A stretch of DNA of 64,000 nucleotides from an uncultured bacterium. Its GTDB lineage: Bacteria; Margulisbacteria; WOR-1; CAVSGV01. The position numbers were made by a program, and so were the translations under genes. Numbering within the stretch: the first letter of the stretch is position 1; each line of letters starts with the position of its first letter. The notes under the pieces were generated by a model. That model did no database searches. It was not told the origin of the DNA and saw only the letters and a program-made list of their open reading frames with translations. This document shows positions 1 to 9,824 of this stretch, one piece after another. The stretch is from positions 583,471 through 647,470 of the forward strand of contig CAVSGV010000006.1 in the NCBI GenBank assembly GCA_963727815.1. Direction: 5' to 3'.

Positions 1-159
1 TCAAGCACCCCAAACAGCTCCTTCGCTCTCGAAACGCACATCCCAACTTCTTTGCCCCCGCCGTTCTTGGATAAATGGTCCGCCCTTGATAATTCGGAGG
101 CTATCATGAGGACGATCCTAGCCCACCCCTGATTTGCCACGGCTTCACGCGATAATTTT

Positions 160-528
160 TTATGATATTTCATTCTTCGAAGTACCCTCTAATGACATTC
201 CCGACCTTCTCGCGGATCCGGTATCCTGTATGAACTGGCTCTTGTTCCCTTTGCGCGGACGGATATTAATGAGCGCCGTGTATTCGATCTTTTCTCCCTT
301 TTTCCTGCCCGGGAAATAATTAGCGCCCCAGATATTTTCCTGCCTGGACCCGTTCTTCAACAGGATCTGCTCGGCATCCGCATGGAGGGAACATCCCGCG
401 GCGATCGAACCATCTTGAACGTCCACGACGACCTTTATCATATCTCCAAAGAACTCTTTCGCCAGATCGTCGATCTCTTTTTTGTTCAACGGGCGGGTCA
501 ATATTTTCGGCCATGACATGGAGAGCAT
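160..528 (-). CDS. DUF5674-like small protein
   Basis: 122-aa ORF. The stretch ...EIDDLAKEFFGDMIKVVVDVQDGSIAAGCSLHADAEQILLKNGSRQENIWGANYFP... fits my recollection of the DUF5674 family. The last ~20 aa look non-native, and an alternative frame reads ...IREKVGNVIRGYFEE*, so a late frameshift is possible. Confidence 0.5.
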   Translation of the reverse strand: MLSMSWPKILTRPLNKKEIDDLAKEFFGDMIKVVVDVQDGSIAAGCSLHADAEQILLKNGSRQENIWGANYFPGRKKGEKIEYTALINIRPRKGNKSQFIQDTGSARRSGMSLEGTSKNEIS

Positions 529-579
529 TATATATTAATCGGAGAGCAACGGCAAATATCCGCCTCGACGTTCACTTTC

Positions 580-2031
580 TTATCCTTTCGGGTTCTCCGC
601 CAGGCCGCCTTCTTCCCACTTCGGTTCAGGCCCGCGCAAATAAGATATGAACGCGGCTACCAGGCTGAACACGAACGAGATAGTGAACGCCATCCTTAAC
701 CCGGAAATAAAATGTTCGATAGCAATCCCCTCGGAGCCCACCTGCGCGCCCACGAATAATTTTAGCAGGGTCGACATCGAAATGCTCGATGATATCGCCA
801 CCATCGCAAGCGCGATGCTTATGACCATGCCGCCGTTGTTCATCATCGTCCTGGTCGCTGCCGCGATGCCGCGCCTGTCCGACGGGACCGAGCCCATGAT
901 GGACCGGTTGTTGGGCGACATGAAGAATCCCGAACCCGCTCCCATGATCGACATCCAGATTATCGGCACGTATAACGGCGAGCCCGCATTGAGGAACATC
1001 AAACCCAGAAGACCGACGGCAGATACGAGAAGCCCAAGAGAGCTCAACTCCCTGGAGCCGTGCTTGTCCGAAAGCCAGCCGCTGATGGGGGAGACTATCA
1101 TCATGGAGATCGCGAACGGCGTAAGCAGAACGCCGGACATCAGCGGATCGAAACCTTTCACGCCCTGAAAATAGAATATCAGAAGGAAAGTCACCGCGCC
1201 TCTGGCTATGCCGTTCAGGAGGTTGCTTCCGAAAGCGAACCCGAGTATCCGTATCTCAAAAAGACGCATGTCCAGCATCGGCTGCTTCGATCGCAGCTCG
1301 ATAAGAACGAAAAGCAACATCAGTATCATCGATATCACCAGCGAGAGCAGGACGTACGGGTTGAGCCAGCCGATGAATCCGCCGAACGAAAGGACGAGGA
1401 GAAGTATGAACATCCCGACGGAGAAAACCACCGTTCCCGCCCAGTCGAATATCTGATGCTCGGGTATGATGTCCAGCTCTTTAAGCTGCAGCCACGCCCA
1501 ATAAGTCCCGATGATACCGAGCGGCACGTTGATGTAAAATATGTAGCGCCAGCCGAGTCCCGCGAGATAGCCGCCCAGCACCGGGCCGATGACCGACGCG
1601 ATGCTTATGATCATCGCGTTTATTCCCATCGCCTGGCCCAGCTCGTTCCTTTCGAAAGCATCGGCGACAATGGCCGTGCTGTTCGCCACAAGAAGCGAGC
1701 CGCCGATCGATTGTATCAGCCTGTAAATGAGAAGCTGCCACCCGTTCGCCGACACTCCGCAGAGCAGAGAGGCCAGAGTGAAAATGGCGAAACCCGAAAC
1801 GAAAAGGGTTTTTCTGCCGTACATGTCGGCGACGCGGCCTATCGAGGGGACAAGTATCGTAATTGCGAGCATATAGCCCATGATGCACCACACCGCCACT
1901 CCCAGGCCCATGTGCAGGTCGCGGATGATGAGCGGAAGCGCGATTATCAGAGTGCTTCCGTTCATTATGGAGAGGAACGCGCCCAGAGACGTGCACGACA
2001 GGGCGATCCATTTATAATCGATCTTCTTCAA
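580..2031 (-). CDS. MFS transporter, DHA2 (EmrB/QacA-like, 14-TMS type)
   Basis: Hydrophobic multi-TMS protein with an MFS motif-A-like GRVADMYGRKTLF. The first ~80 aa of the 565-aa track ORF are read-through into the upstream gene. I propose a TTG start at 2031, overlapping the RND stop (ACATTGAAG); TM1 (WIALSCTSLGAFLSIMNG) follows directly. Confidence 0.8.
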   Translation of the reverse strand: MKKIDYKWIALSCTSLGAFLSIMNGSTLIIALPLIIRDLHMGLGVAVWCIMGYMLAITILVPSIGRVADMYGRKTLFVSGFAIFTLASLLCGVSANGWQLLIYRLIQSIGGSLLVANSTAIVADAFERNELGQAMGINAMIISIASVIGPVLGGYLAGLGWRYIFYINVPLGIIGTYWAWLQLKELDIIPEHQIFDWAGTVVFSVGMFILLLVLSFGGFIGWLNPYVLLSLVISMILMLLFVLIELRSKQPMLDMRLFEIRILGFAFGSNLLNGIARGAVTFLLIFYFQGVKGFDPLMSGVLLTPFAISMMIVSPISGWLSDKHGSRELSSLGLLVSAVGLLGLMFLNAGSPLYVPIIWMSIMGAGSGFFMSPNNRSIMGSVPSDRRGIAAATRTMMNNGGMVISIALAMVAISSSISMSTLLKLFVGAQVGSEGIAIEHFISGLRMAFTISFVFSLVAAFISYLRGPEPKWEEGGLAENPKG

Positions 2032-5000
2032 TGTACCAGCTTTTCTATCTCCGTGTCCGTAAGCGGAACGACCCTGACGTGTTTGGAACTTATAAGGCTG
2101 TACGCGCACGGGACGACGAACAGCGTCAGTATTGTCGAAACAAAAAGCCCGCCGATGACCGCTATGGCCATAGGCGTGCGGACCTCGGCTCCCGGACCCC
2201 ACGCCAGGGCAGGGGGAATGGCGCCGGCGATGGTCGCGACGGACGTCATCAATATGGGACGAAGCCTTATGGGGCACGCTTCAAGCAGCGCTTCCCTTAT
2301 GTTCATGCCGCGCTCTCTCATCTGGTTCGTGAACTCGACGAGCAGGATGGAATTCTTTTTCACGATGCCCATCAGTAGTATGAATCCGATCATGCTGTAA
2401 ATGTTCAGCGACTGTCCCGTGACATACAGCGCAAGGAACGCTCCCGAGAAACTGAAGGGCAGGGCGGCGAGGACGACCACCGGATCGCTGAAGCTGTTGA
2501 ACTGCGAGCCCAGCACCATGTACGCGACGATTATACCCAGGATCAGCGCGAATATCAGGCTGTCAAAAGATTCCTTGAAAGCCTGCGCGTTGCCGCTGAA
2601 AACTATGTGATATTCCGGCGGCAGGGTCGCATTCGCTACCTCCTGTATCTTATCGAGCACCGCCGCCTGGCTCTTTCCGGGAGCGATGTTGCCGGCGATG
2701 GTTATGGCGCGCTCCCTGTCCAGGCGCGAGATGCTCTGCATGGCCGGCCGCTCAACGAGATGCGCCACCTTGCCCAGAGGGATAAGCTCGCCTCTGTTGT
2801 TGTGGACGTAAACGTCTTTCAGGATGTCCGGCCTGGTGTGCTCCGCGCCTATCATCTTTACAAGGATGTCATATCTGTGCCCGGCGTTCTCATATGTTCC
2901 CACCTTAAGCCCGCCGACCAGCGCCGAGATGGTCTGGCCGATCTCCGCGAAACTTACTCCGCGGCTTGCGGCAAGGTCGCGGTCCGGCACGATGTCATAT
3001 TCCGTCAGCCCCAGAAGATAATTGCTGTTCAGGTCCGTGGTCAGTCCCGTTTTTTCTATGTTGGCCATCAGCTGGACGCTGAGAGCTCCCAGCTTGTCCC
3101 AGTCGGGGCCCTTCAGCGTAAGTTCGATGGGATACTGGCCGGTGGACGCGAAACCGCGCAGCGACGGGTCTGTGACAAAAGCCTGTAGATCGGGTATTTT
3201 TTTCAGCTCGTTCCTGACGGCCTTCATCGACTCGGCCTGGGAAAGCCTGTGATGAAGGACCGGATCGATTCCGCGTTTTCCCTTGGGTTTAAGAGTAAGG
3301 AAGACATAAGGATTGATTAAGCCGGCCGCTTCCGCCGAATCCTCCGACCGTGGAGAAGACCGAATCCACTTCCGGCCGCTTTGCGATGATGGATTCCACC
3401 AGCCTGGATTTTTGGTCCGTGAAAGAAAGCGATGCCCAGGCGGGGGTCTGCAGGCGCACCGCGTAAAGGCTCTGGTCCTGCGGCGGAACAAGCTCGCTTC
3501 TCAGCGCTTGCCCACGGAGAAAGTGATGATAAAGAAGACCACCGACGACCACAGGATAAGTCCCCTGTGGTCCAGCGCCCAGTTAAGCGCCTTGCGGTAA
3601 GCGCCGTTCAGCCGCTTGAAATTCGTGTCTGATGTAAGCGGAGAACTTGTTGTCCTTGGCGCCCACCTCCACGAACTGCGAACAGCGCATCGGCGTAAGC
3701 GTAAGCGCTTCGAACAGCGAGAGAAGCACGGCGACGCTGATGGTCATGCCGAACTGGTAAAAATATTTCCCGATTATGCCCGTCATGAACGCCACGGGAA
3801 GGAATATGGCTATTATCGCGATGCTCGCCGCCATGGCCGCGAAGGTTATCTCCCGCGCGCCTTTCAGCGCTGCCTGGACCTTGTCCTCGCCTTTCTCCTG
3901 ATGCCGCATTATATTTTCAAGCACCATGATCGCGTCATCAACGACTATCCCTATCGCGAGGCTCAGCGCCATGAGAGTGAACATGTTCAGCGTAAAGCCC
4001 ATGAAATAAACGAAAATAAAAGTCCCGATGATCGACGTGGGTATCGCGAGCCAGACGTTCAGGACCGCCGACCACGACCCCAGGAAGAACCAGCAGACAA
4101 GTCCGGTGAGTATCGCCGAAAGAAGAAGCGTCACTTTAAGTTCGTTCACGGCATCGCTTATGAATTTTGTGTTGTCCATCCGGACCGAAAGCGTCATTCC
4201 TTTCGGCAGCTCTTTTTGGACCTCCGCCATTTTCGCGCGGACGCCTTTAGCTATTTCCACGGCATTTGTGTTCCTCTGTTTCAGGATGCCGAGGCCCACC
4301 GCGGCCACTCCGTTGGCGCGCGCTATGTGCTCTATGTCGGCCAGGCTGTCTTTTATGCTCGCCACCTTTATGAGAGTTATGGGAGCGTAATTCGCCTGTC
4401 CGCCGCGGTAGTTGAGCCGGATGTTCTCGAACTCCTGGACGCTCTTTGCCTCGCCCATCATCCGGACGGTGTGTTCGGCTTTTACGTCCGAAACGTAGCC
4501 GGCGGGAAGCTCCACGTGCTCGTTCATGACAGCGCTTACGACGTCCGTGGCGGTAAGTGCGTAGCGGTTCAGATCGTCCTTTCTCACTTCCACGCGCAGG
4601 TTCGGGTCCACGTATCCGCCGAGAACAACGTCCCCGACGCCGGAGACCGTGGTGAACTTGTCTTTCAGGATATTGTTCACGTAGGCCATGGCATCGCGGG
4701 TGGAAATGCCGGTGGTGTTCAGCGTCAGCCATATTATCGGCTGGTCGTCGGGATTGGTCTTTGTGATGACGGGCGGATCGATCTGCGACGGCAGCAGCCT
4801 CTGCGCCTGCGATATCTTTGACTGTATCTCCTGCACCGCCACGTCCACGTTCTTGTTGAGATTGAATTCCACCGTTACGCTCGTGGCGCCGTCGCGGGAA
4901 TTGGAGGTGACGGTCCTTACGCCTTCCACTCCCATGACCGCGTCCTCAATGTAGTCGGCGACGTCCGTTTCCATTATCTGGGGGGAAGCGCCGGGATAAG

Positions 5001-5148
5001 TGACGGTTACGGTAACGACGGGGAAATCCACGTCCGGCATGAGGCTGACGCCCATCCTCTGGAAAGAGATCGCGCCGAAAAGGATCAGCGCGAACATCAT
5101 CATCCACGCGAATACCGGCCGCTTTATCGAAATGTCGGATAATATCAT
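2028..5148 (-). pseudogene. RND (AcrB/HAE1-type) efflux permease interrupted by at least 3 frameshifts
   Basis: The N-terminal 521-aa ORF (3583..5148, MILSDISIKRPVFAWMM...) and the C-terminal ORF (2028..~3330, ...LLMGIVKKNSILLVEF...RLRPILMTS...) are the two halves of one ~1040-aa RND pump. The joining segment must be read in other frames: FKRLNGAYRKALNWALDHRGLILWSSVVFFIITFSVGKR, then LRSELVPPQDQSLYAVRLQTP...VFSTVGGFGGS. Shifts lie near 3625, 3498 and 3330. Confidence 0.8.
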
Positions 5149-5155
5149 TGCATCT

Positions 5156-6444
5156 TCACCTCCTGTCGGGAACGTTCACTGACGCGGTTATCGCCCAGAG
5201 CACGTTCATGTCCGCTTTCAGATCATATATGGCCTTGTTAAGCGAACGCGCCACGTCCTGATATGAGGTCATGGCCTGCAGGACGTCCAGGTTCGATACA
5301 AGCCCCAGGTCGTAATCGTTGGTCACCGCGCGTAATTCTTCTTCGCCAGGTCCGTGGCGTTCTGGAACGCTTTGACCTGTGATATATCATATGTAAGCCG
5401 CTGATAGTCGGTCCGCAGGTCGTCTTCCGCCATGCGCCTTGCCTGATCAAGATCGTTCTGGCTCTGACGCAAGAGCGATTCGGATTCTGCGTGTTTGGAA
5501 GTGTTGAACCCTCCGGTGAACAGCGGGAAGGGTGGCGGTTATCTCTCGCGTCCCACGTGCTGTCTTGCAGAGTGCCTTTCGGACGGCTGAAATAATAATC
5601 TGCCGAAAGGTCCGCCGACGGCCAGTAAGCGCCCGGTCGCGATATCAACGTTGTTCTTCGCGGCTTCTGCTCTTGCCATGGCCGCTTTAATGTCCGGACG
5701 ATCGCTCAGCTTTGCGTCATAAAATTCAAAACTGCCCATGGATGAAGGGATCATCTGCGGATCTGAAAGCTCTATCGACGACGGAAGGCCGGTCAAAAAA
5801 GATAGAAGCTCTCTTGCCGCGGAAAGCTGCGATTTCACCTGTTCCAGCTGGGCCATGAGCGTGGCGAGCGAGACCTGAACGGTCAGCACTTCGGTGGACC
5901 TTGACCTGCCTATTGCCACCCTTGCGTTGAGTTCGTCTATCCTTTTTTCATAAAGAGTCGGCTTCTTTCCGCAGGAGCGCGATGTCGTTCTCAAGGGAAA
6001 TGACAGTATAGAAAGCGTTGGCGGTGTCCTGGTAGAGCTGCAAAGCCGCCCATTGATATGCATCTTTTTGCGAAGTTATAAGGTTCTGGTTCAGTTTCAG
6101 CGCCGCGAAATCGCGGAAGCCCCTGGAAAAGCGGCATGGGTAATGGAAGCTTTGGTCGTTGCCTGGTCGCGGTAAAGCGAAGAATCCGTCCCGTCTGGAA
6201 TGAGCTTTGAAGTGTCCTGATTGAAATACGTATAGCCGGCGGAGACGTTCGGCAGCATTCCCGCGAGCGCCTGCTTAAAGTGCTCTTCGGCCTGATTCAC
6301 AAGCTCCCGGTTGTCGGCCATGACGTCGCTCTGTTTCAACGCAGCGCGGAAACACGTTTCAAGGTTAACAGGGTCGGCAGAGCATTGCAATGCGGAACCG
6401 GCGAGCATGATGCCAAGAATGATCAGAACAAATAATTTTTTCAT
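5156..6444 (-). pseudogene. TolC-family outer-membrane factor with at least 5 frameshifts
   Basis: The signal-peptide ORF 6097..6444 (MKKLFVLIILGIMLAGSALQC...) continues as TolC-like sequence only by hopping frames. The pieces are FRDFAALKLNQNLITSQKDAYQWAALQLYQDTANAFYTVISLENDIALL, then LYEKRIDELNARVAIGRSRSTEVL..., AYWPSADLSADYYF..., PLFTGGFNTSKHAESESLLRQSQNDLDQARR... and AVTNDYDLGLVSNLDVLQAMTSYQDVARSL...*. Stop TGA is at 5156-5158, just upstream of the RND start and overlapping an AGGAGG. Confidence 0.75.
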
Positions 6445-6535
6445 GAATTAGGCATTCTATCAGACAATCCGAAGGAACGGCAAGTTAAATCCGTATGACA
6501 TTTCATGTTTTCCGAATCTCCCTCTTTCTTTAACG

Positions 6536-6576
6536 AAAGCCGAAGGACATTTCTGACCTTCGGCTTTATTATTTTT
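6536..6576 (-). terminator. Stem-loop terminator downstream of 6586..6906
   Basis: Perfect 11-bp stem AAAGCCGAAGG (6536-6546) / CCTTCGGCTTT (6557-6567) with a 10-nt loop. T/A-rich flanks sit on both sides. It lies between the stop of the coiled-coil gene and the tolC pseudogene start. Confidence 0.45.
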
Positions 6577-6585
6577 GAACCGGTA

Positions 6586-6906
6586 TTACTGAGGCTGGGC
6601 CGGGGCCGGAGCCGGGGCTGGAGCCGGCTGGGTCTGTTGCTGGCCGGTCGTTCCCTGTTGCTGTTTTCTTTCCTGCCGCATCTGTTTCCTGTCCGCCCTT
6701 AACTGTTCCATGTCCTTCTTTAACTGTTGCAGGTCCGCTTTTACCTGGTCCCTGTCCTTTTTCACCTGGTCCCTGTCCTGTTTTACCTTCTGCATGTCCT
6801 GCTGGACGGTTCCCTGGTCCGCAAAAACGACCGGGGCGGCGAAACATCCGAGGATCAATGCCACCATGAAAAGTGAAATAACGTTCTTTCTCATTATATT
6901 TTTCAC
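6586..6906 (-). CDS. Small secreted coiled-coil protein with a K-x-DRDQVK repeat and a Q/PA-rich tail
   Basis: 106-aa ORF with an N-terminal signal-like segment (VISLFMVALILGCFAAPVVFA). It carries charged heptad-like repeats (QKVKQDRDQVKKDRDQVKADLQQLKKDMEQLRADRKQMRQERKQ) and a PAPAPAPAPAQPQ end. I chose this frame over the overlapping PG-rich frame 6569..6847. Confidence 0.55.
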   Translation of the reverse strand: MKNIMRKNVISLFMVALILGCFAAPVVFADQGTVQQDMQKVKQDRDQVKKDRDQVKADLQQLKKDMEQLRADRKQMRQERKQQQGTTGQQQTQPAPAPAPAPAQPQ

Positions 6907-7017
6907 CTCCTTAATGAATGTAATTTGATATCAGTGAACATACTTTAATACAGCCGCATTAGATGGAGATTAAAGTCATATTAGAAAAGCATTAGAACTG
7001 AACGGCGGTTCCCGTCT

Positions 7018-7027
7018 GTGTTATAAT
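7018..7027 (+). promoter_or_regulatory. Extended -10 element (TGTGTTATAAT) upstream of the ABC-F gene
   Basis: TGtTATAAT lies ~85 nt upstream of the ATG at 7111. The same TGTGTTATAAT string recurs at 41733-41742. Confidence 0.3.
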
Positions 7028-7110
7028 ATATCCGATCATAGCGGATAGTTTTATACGTTTAATCCTCTCCACTATAAAATATTTTAGAAAAGGACCGGTC
7101 TTCAGAAAAC

Positions 7111-8913
7111 ATGCTTCAGGTGAACAATATTTCGCTCTCGTTCGTAGGCCAGCAGGTCCTTGACGACGTCAGCTTCAATGTCCACAGCGGCGAGCGCATA
7201 GGCCTAGTGGGCCGCAACGGCAGCGGCAAGACCACGCTTTTCAAGCTCATCACGGGGGAGATACAGCCCGATGAAGGACGAATATCCATCCCGAAGAACT
7301 ACACGATCGGCTATCTGAAGCAGCATCTTACTTTCACCGAGCCGACCCTTCTTGATGAAGCCTGCCTCGGCCTCAAAAGCGACGAACGGGACCAGATATG
7401 GAAAGCGGAGAAGATCCTTTCGGGGCTCGGGTTTTCGGAAGACGAGCTTTACAAGTCGCCCCTGGAATTCTCCGGCGGGTTCCAGGTCCGGCTAAACCTG
7501 GCAAAAGTGCTTCTGGGCGAACCGCACCTTCTTCTGCTCGATGAACCCACGAACTATCTGGACATAGTATCCATCCGCTGGTTCAGGAAATTTTTGCAGG
7601 ACTGGGAGAATGAACTCATGATAATAACCCACGACCGCGACTTCATGAACAGCGTCACCACCCATACGATGGCCATCCACCGCCAGAGGATCAAAAAACT
7701 CGAAGGCGATACTATCAAGCTGTACGAGCAGATAGCGGTGGACGAGGAAGTGTACGCGAAGGAACAGCAGAAAAAACAGAAGAAGCGCGAAGACGCGATG
7801 GAGTTCATAAACCGTTTCCGCGCGCAGGCCGCCCGCGCGAGCCTGGTCCAATCGCGGCTAAAAGCGCTGGATAAAATGGGCGAAGCGAAGGAGCTGACAA
7901 AGATAGCGGAGCTCGGCTTCAGCTTCAACGCCGCGCAGTTCCAGCCGCAGTTCCCGATGCGCATCGATGACGTAAAGTTCGGCTATACTCCCGAAAGAAC
8001 ATTGATAGAGAACCTGTCGCTTGAGATCCGCAAAGAGGACAGGATATGCGTCGTCGGCAAGAACGGAAAAGGGAAATCCACGCTCTTAAGGCTTCTGGCG
8101 GGGGAGCTTGAACCGGTCGAGGGAAAGATCACGCCGCACCCCACGTGCAAGATAGGATATTTCGGCCAGACCAACATCGAGCGCCTGAACCCGCAGAATA
8201 CCATCGAACAGGAGCTGCACAACCTGCGGCCCGACATGAAATACACCGACATACGCAAGACCTGCGGCGCAATGATGTTCCCCGGCGACATGGCGCTGAA
8301 AAAAATATCCGTTCTCTCCGGCGGAGAGAGAAGCCGCGTGTCGCTTGGGAAAATATTGCTTACCCCGACCAATCTTCTTTTGCTGGATGAACCGACCAAC
8401 CACCTGGACATCGAATCTTGCAACTCCATGATCGCCGCCCTAGATGAATTCACCGGCGCTGTCGTTATCGTTACGCACTCCGAGATGTTCCTCCACCATC
8501 TGGCGAACAAGCTTATAGTGTTCAACGAGGACAGGGCGTTCGTTTTCGAGGGCACCTACCAGGATTTCCTGGACAAGATCGGCTGGGAGACCGAAACGAA
8601 GAAGCCGAAGAAAGAAAAGATGTCATCATCGACCTTAAAATCGGAAAAAGCCGCGCTTTCGGAATACAACAAAAAGTTCAAGGCTCTGCATGCGAAGATA
8701 GCCGGAATGGAGAAAAAGATAGACGACGAAGAATCCGCTCTCGAAGAGAACGACCGGAAGCTTATCGAGACCGTAAAGAAAGGCGATGCGGCGGAGATAA
8801 AAACCCTCCAGATAAAGGGCCACAATCACCAGCAGGCGGTAGACTACTGGTATAAGGAACTGGAAGCTCTCATCGCCGATCTCGACGTGCTTGAAAGGTC
8901 AAAACCCGCGTAG
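7111..8913 (+). CDS. ABC-F family ATPase (two tandem ABC domains, no TM domain)
   Basis: 600 aa. There are two Walker A sites (GRNGSGKTT, GKNGKGKST), two signature motifs (FSGGFQVR, LSGGERSR), a charged inter-domain linker and a charged C-terminal coiled coil. Confidence 0.9.
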   Translation: MLQVNNISLSFVGQQVLDDVSFNVHSGERIGLVGRNGSGKTTLFKLITGEIQPDEGRISIPKNYTIGYLKQHLTFTEPTLLDEACLGLKSDERDQIWKAEKILSGLGFSEDELYKSPLEFSGGFQVRLNLAKVLLGEPHLLLLDEPTNYLDIVSIRWFRKFLQDWENELMIITHDRDFMNSVTTHTMAIHRQRIKKLEGDTIKLYEQIAVDEEVYAKEQQKKQKKREDAMEFINRFRAQAARASLVQSRLKALDKMGEAKELTKIAELGFSFNAAQFQPQFPMRIDDVKFGYTPERTLIENLSLEIRKEDRICVVGKNGKGKSTLLRLLAGELEPVEGKITPHPTCKIGYFGQTNIERLNPQNTIEQELHNLRPDMKYTDIRKTCGAMMFPGDMALKKISVLSGGERSRVSLGKILLTPTNLLLLDEPTNHLDIESCNSMIAALDEFTGAVVIVTHSEMFLHHLANKLIVFNEDRAFVFEGTYQDFLDKIGWETETKKPKKEKMSSSTLKSEKAALSEYNKKFKALHAKIAGMEKKIDDEESALEENDRKLIETVKKGDAAEIKTLQIKGHNHQQAVDYWYKELEALIADLDVLERSKPA

Positions 8914-8972
8914 TCAGATAAAGGGTTTCGCTGGATAATGCCAGCACAAATAAGTATAATACCAGGTAAATC

Positions 8973-9710
8973 ATGTCTTTAATGCCGATCATTTTTTCTA
9001 CCGCGACTTTTTTTTCAACGCTCTTGGGCGGGCTGTTCGCCGTCCGATTCAGGAATAAACTTCACCCCCTTATGGCTTTTGCGGCGGGCGTTCTGCTTGC
9101 CGTTGTATGCTTTGATATTTTCCCGGAAATAATCGAACAAATAAAAGCAAATAATTTCAGTCCGTCCGAAGCGATGATAGCCATGGTCGCGGGTTTCCTT
9201 ATATTCCACATACTTGAAAAAAGCATTCTCATACATCATTCCCATGAAGACGAATACGCGAAGCACAAGCATCCGCAAGTGGGAGTCCTTTCCGCGCTGG
9301 CGCTCGCCGGCCACAGCTTTATGGACGGGGTGGGAATAGGGATAGGTTTCCAGGTGAACTACGCGATAGGCCTGCTCGTAGCGATAGCCGTCATCTCTCA
9401 CGATTTCACGGACGGAATGAACACCGTAACGCTGATGCTGACCCACAAGAACAAGATGAAAAGATCCATGATGCTTCTGCTTCTCGATTCTTTGACCCCG
9501 ATATTAGGAGCCGCTTCAACTCTGCTATTCAGGGCCTCTTCTCATTTCATGGTCCTGTACCTGGGGTTCTTTGCCGGATTTCTTCTCTATATCGGAGCAA
9601 GCGACATACTGCCGGAAGCCCACAGCGACAAAAGTTCATATCAGCTTATAGGACTGACCGTATTGGGAGTGATCTTTATTTATCTTGTCACCCGATTTGC
9701 GGTGTTCTGA
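8973..9710 (+). CDS. ZIP-family divalent metal transporter (ZupT-like)
   Basis: 245-aa polytopic protein with a His-rich loop (HHSHEDEYAKHKH) and the ZIP signature helices (HSFMDGVGIGIGF, ISHDFTDGMN). Confidence 0.85.
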   Translation: MSLMPIIFSTATFFSTLLGGLFAVRFRNKLHPLMAFAAGVLLAVVCFDIFPEIIEQIKANNFSPSEAMIAMVAGFLIFHILEKSILIHHSHEDEYAKHKHPQVGVLSALALAGHSFMDGVGIGIGFQVNYAIGLLVAIAVISHDFTDGMNTVTLMLTHKNKMKRSMMLLLLDSLTPILGAASTLLFRASSHFMVLYLGFFAGFLLYIGASDILPEAHSDKSSYQLIGLTVLGVIFIYLVTRFAVF

Positions 9711-9749
9711 GCCGTAATTTCCCCTATGTCCGCCGGGATCATCCGATTA

Positions 9750-9815
9750 TTTACGCTTTCTTTACGCAAACAACCTCGCTCTTTACTTGCCTGCCGACGG
9801 CGACGGGTCGATAAT
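9750..9815 (+). promoter_or_regulatory. Putative KdpE box + -10 element, copy 1
   Basis: Direct repeat TTTACG-ctttc-TTTACG (9750-9766), a third half-site CTTTACTTGCC (9781-9791), and GATAAT (9810-9815). This resembles the E. coli KdpE site (TTTATActtttTTTACA). A near-identical module is at 10739-10783. Confidence 0.4.
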
Positions 9816-9824
9816 AGTCGCGCA

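Noticed and set aside
1-108. A 35-codon minus-strand ORF (MIASELSRADHLSKNGGGKEVGMCVSRAKELFGVL*) at the left edge.
   Set aside because: It is short, has no convincing RBS, belongs to no recognisable family and sits at the window boundary. The evidence is insufficient to call a gene.
160-260. A possible late frameshift in the DUF5674-like gene; an alternative frame gives ...IREKVGNVIRGYFEE*.
   Set aside because: - It is based only on which tail 'looks' more protein-like.
- Without a family alignment I cannot support calling it a pseudogene.
- It is recorded in the feature evidence instead.
1060-2400. A 446-aa ORF on the plus strand, and many similar long antisense ORFs. Examples: 3616..4821(+), 15542..16309(-), 26744..27682(-), 28680..29444(-), 30646..31383(-), 32618..33667(-), 38864..39643(-), 39643..40401(-), 42566..43318(-), 45352..45975(-), 47860..48546(-), 53699..54361(-), 54425..55174(-).
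   Set aside because: - Each lies entirely opposite a gene with clear family motifs.
- Their translations are Arg/His/Gly/Pro-rich and low in information, without recognisable motifs.
- They are typical shadow ORFs of moderately GC-rich coding sequence.
6569-6847. An alternative 92-aa frame (Gly/Pro/Lys-rich) overlapping the coiled-coil gene.
   Set aside because: - It has no signal peptide or start context.
- The 6586..6906 frame has a signal peptide and a regular heptad-like repeat, so that frame was preferred.
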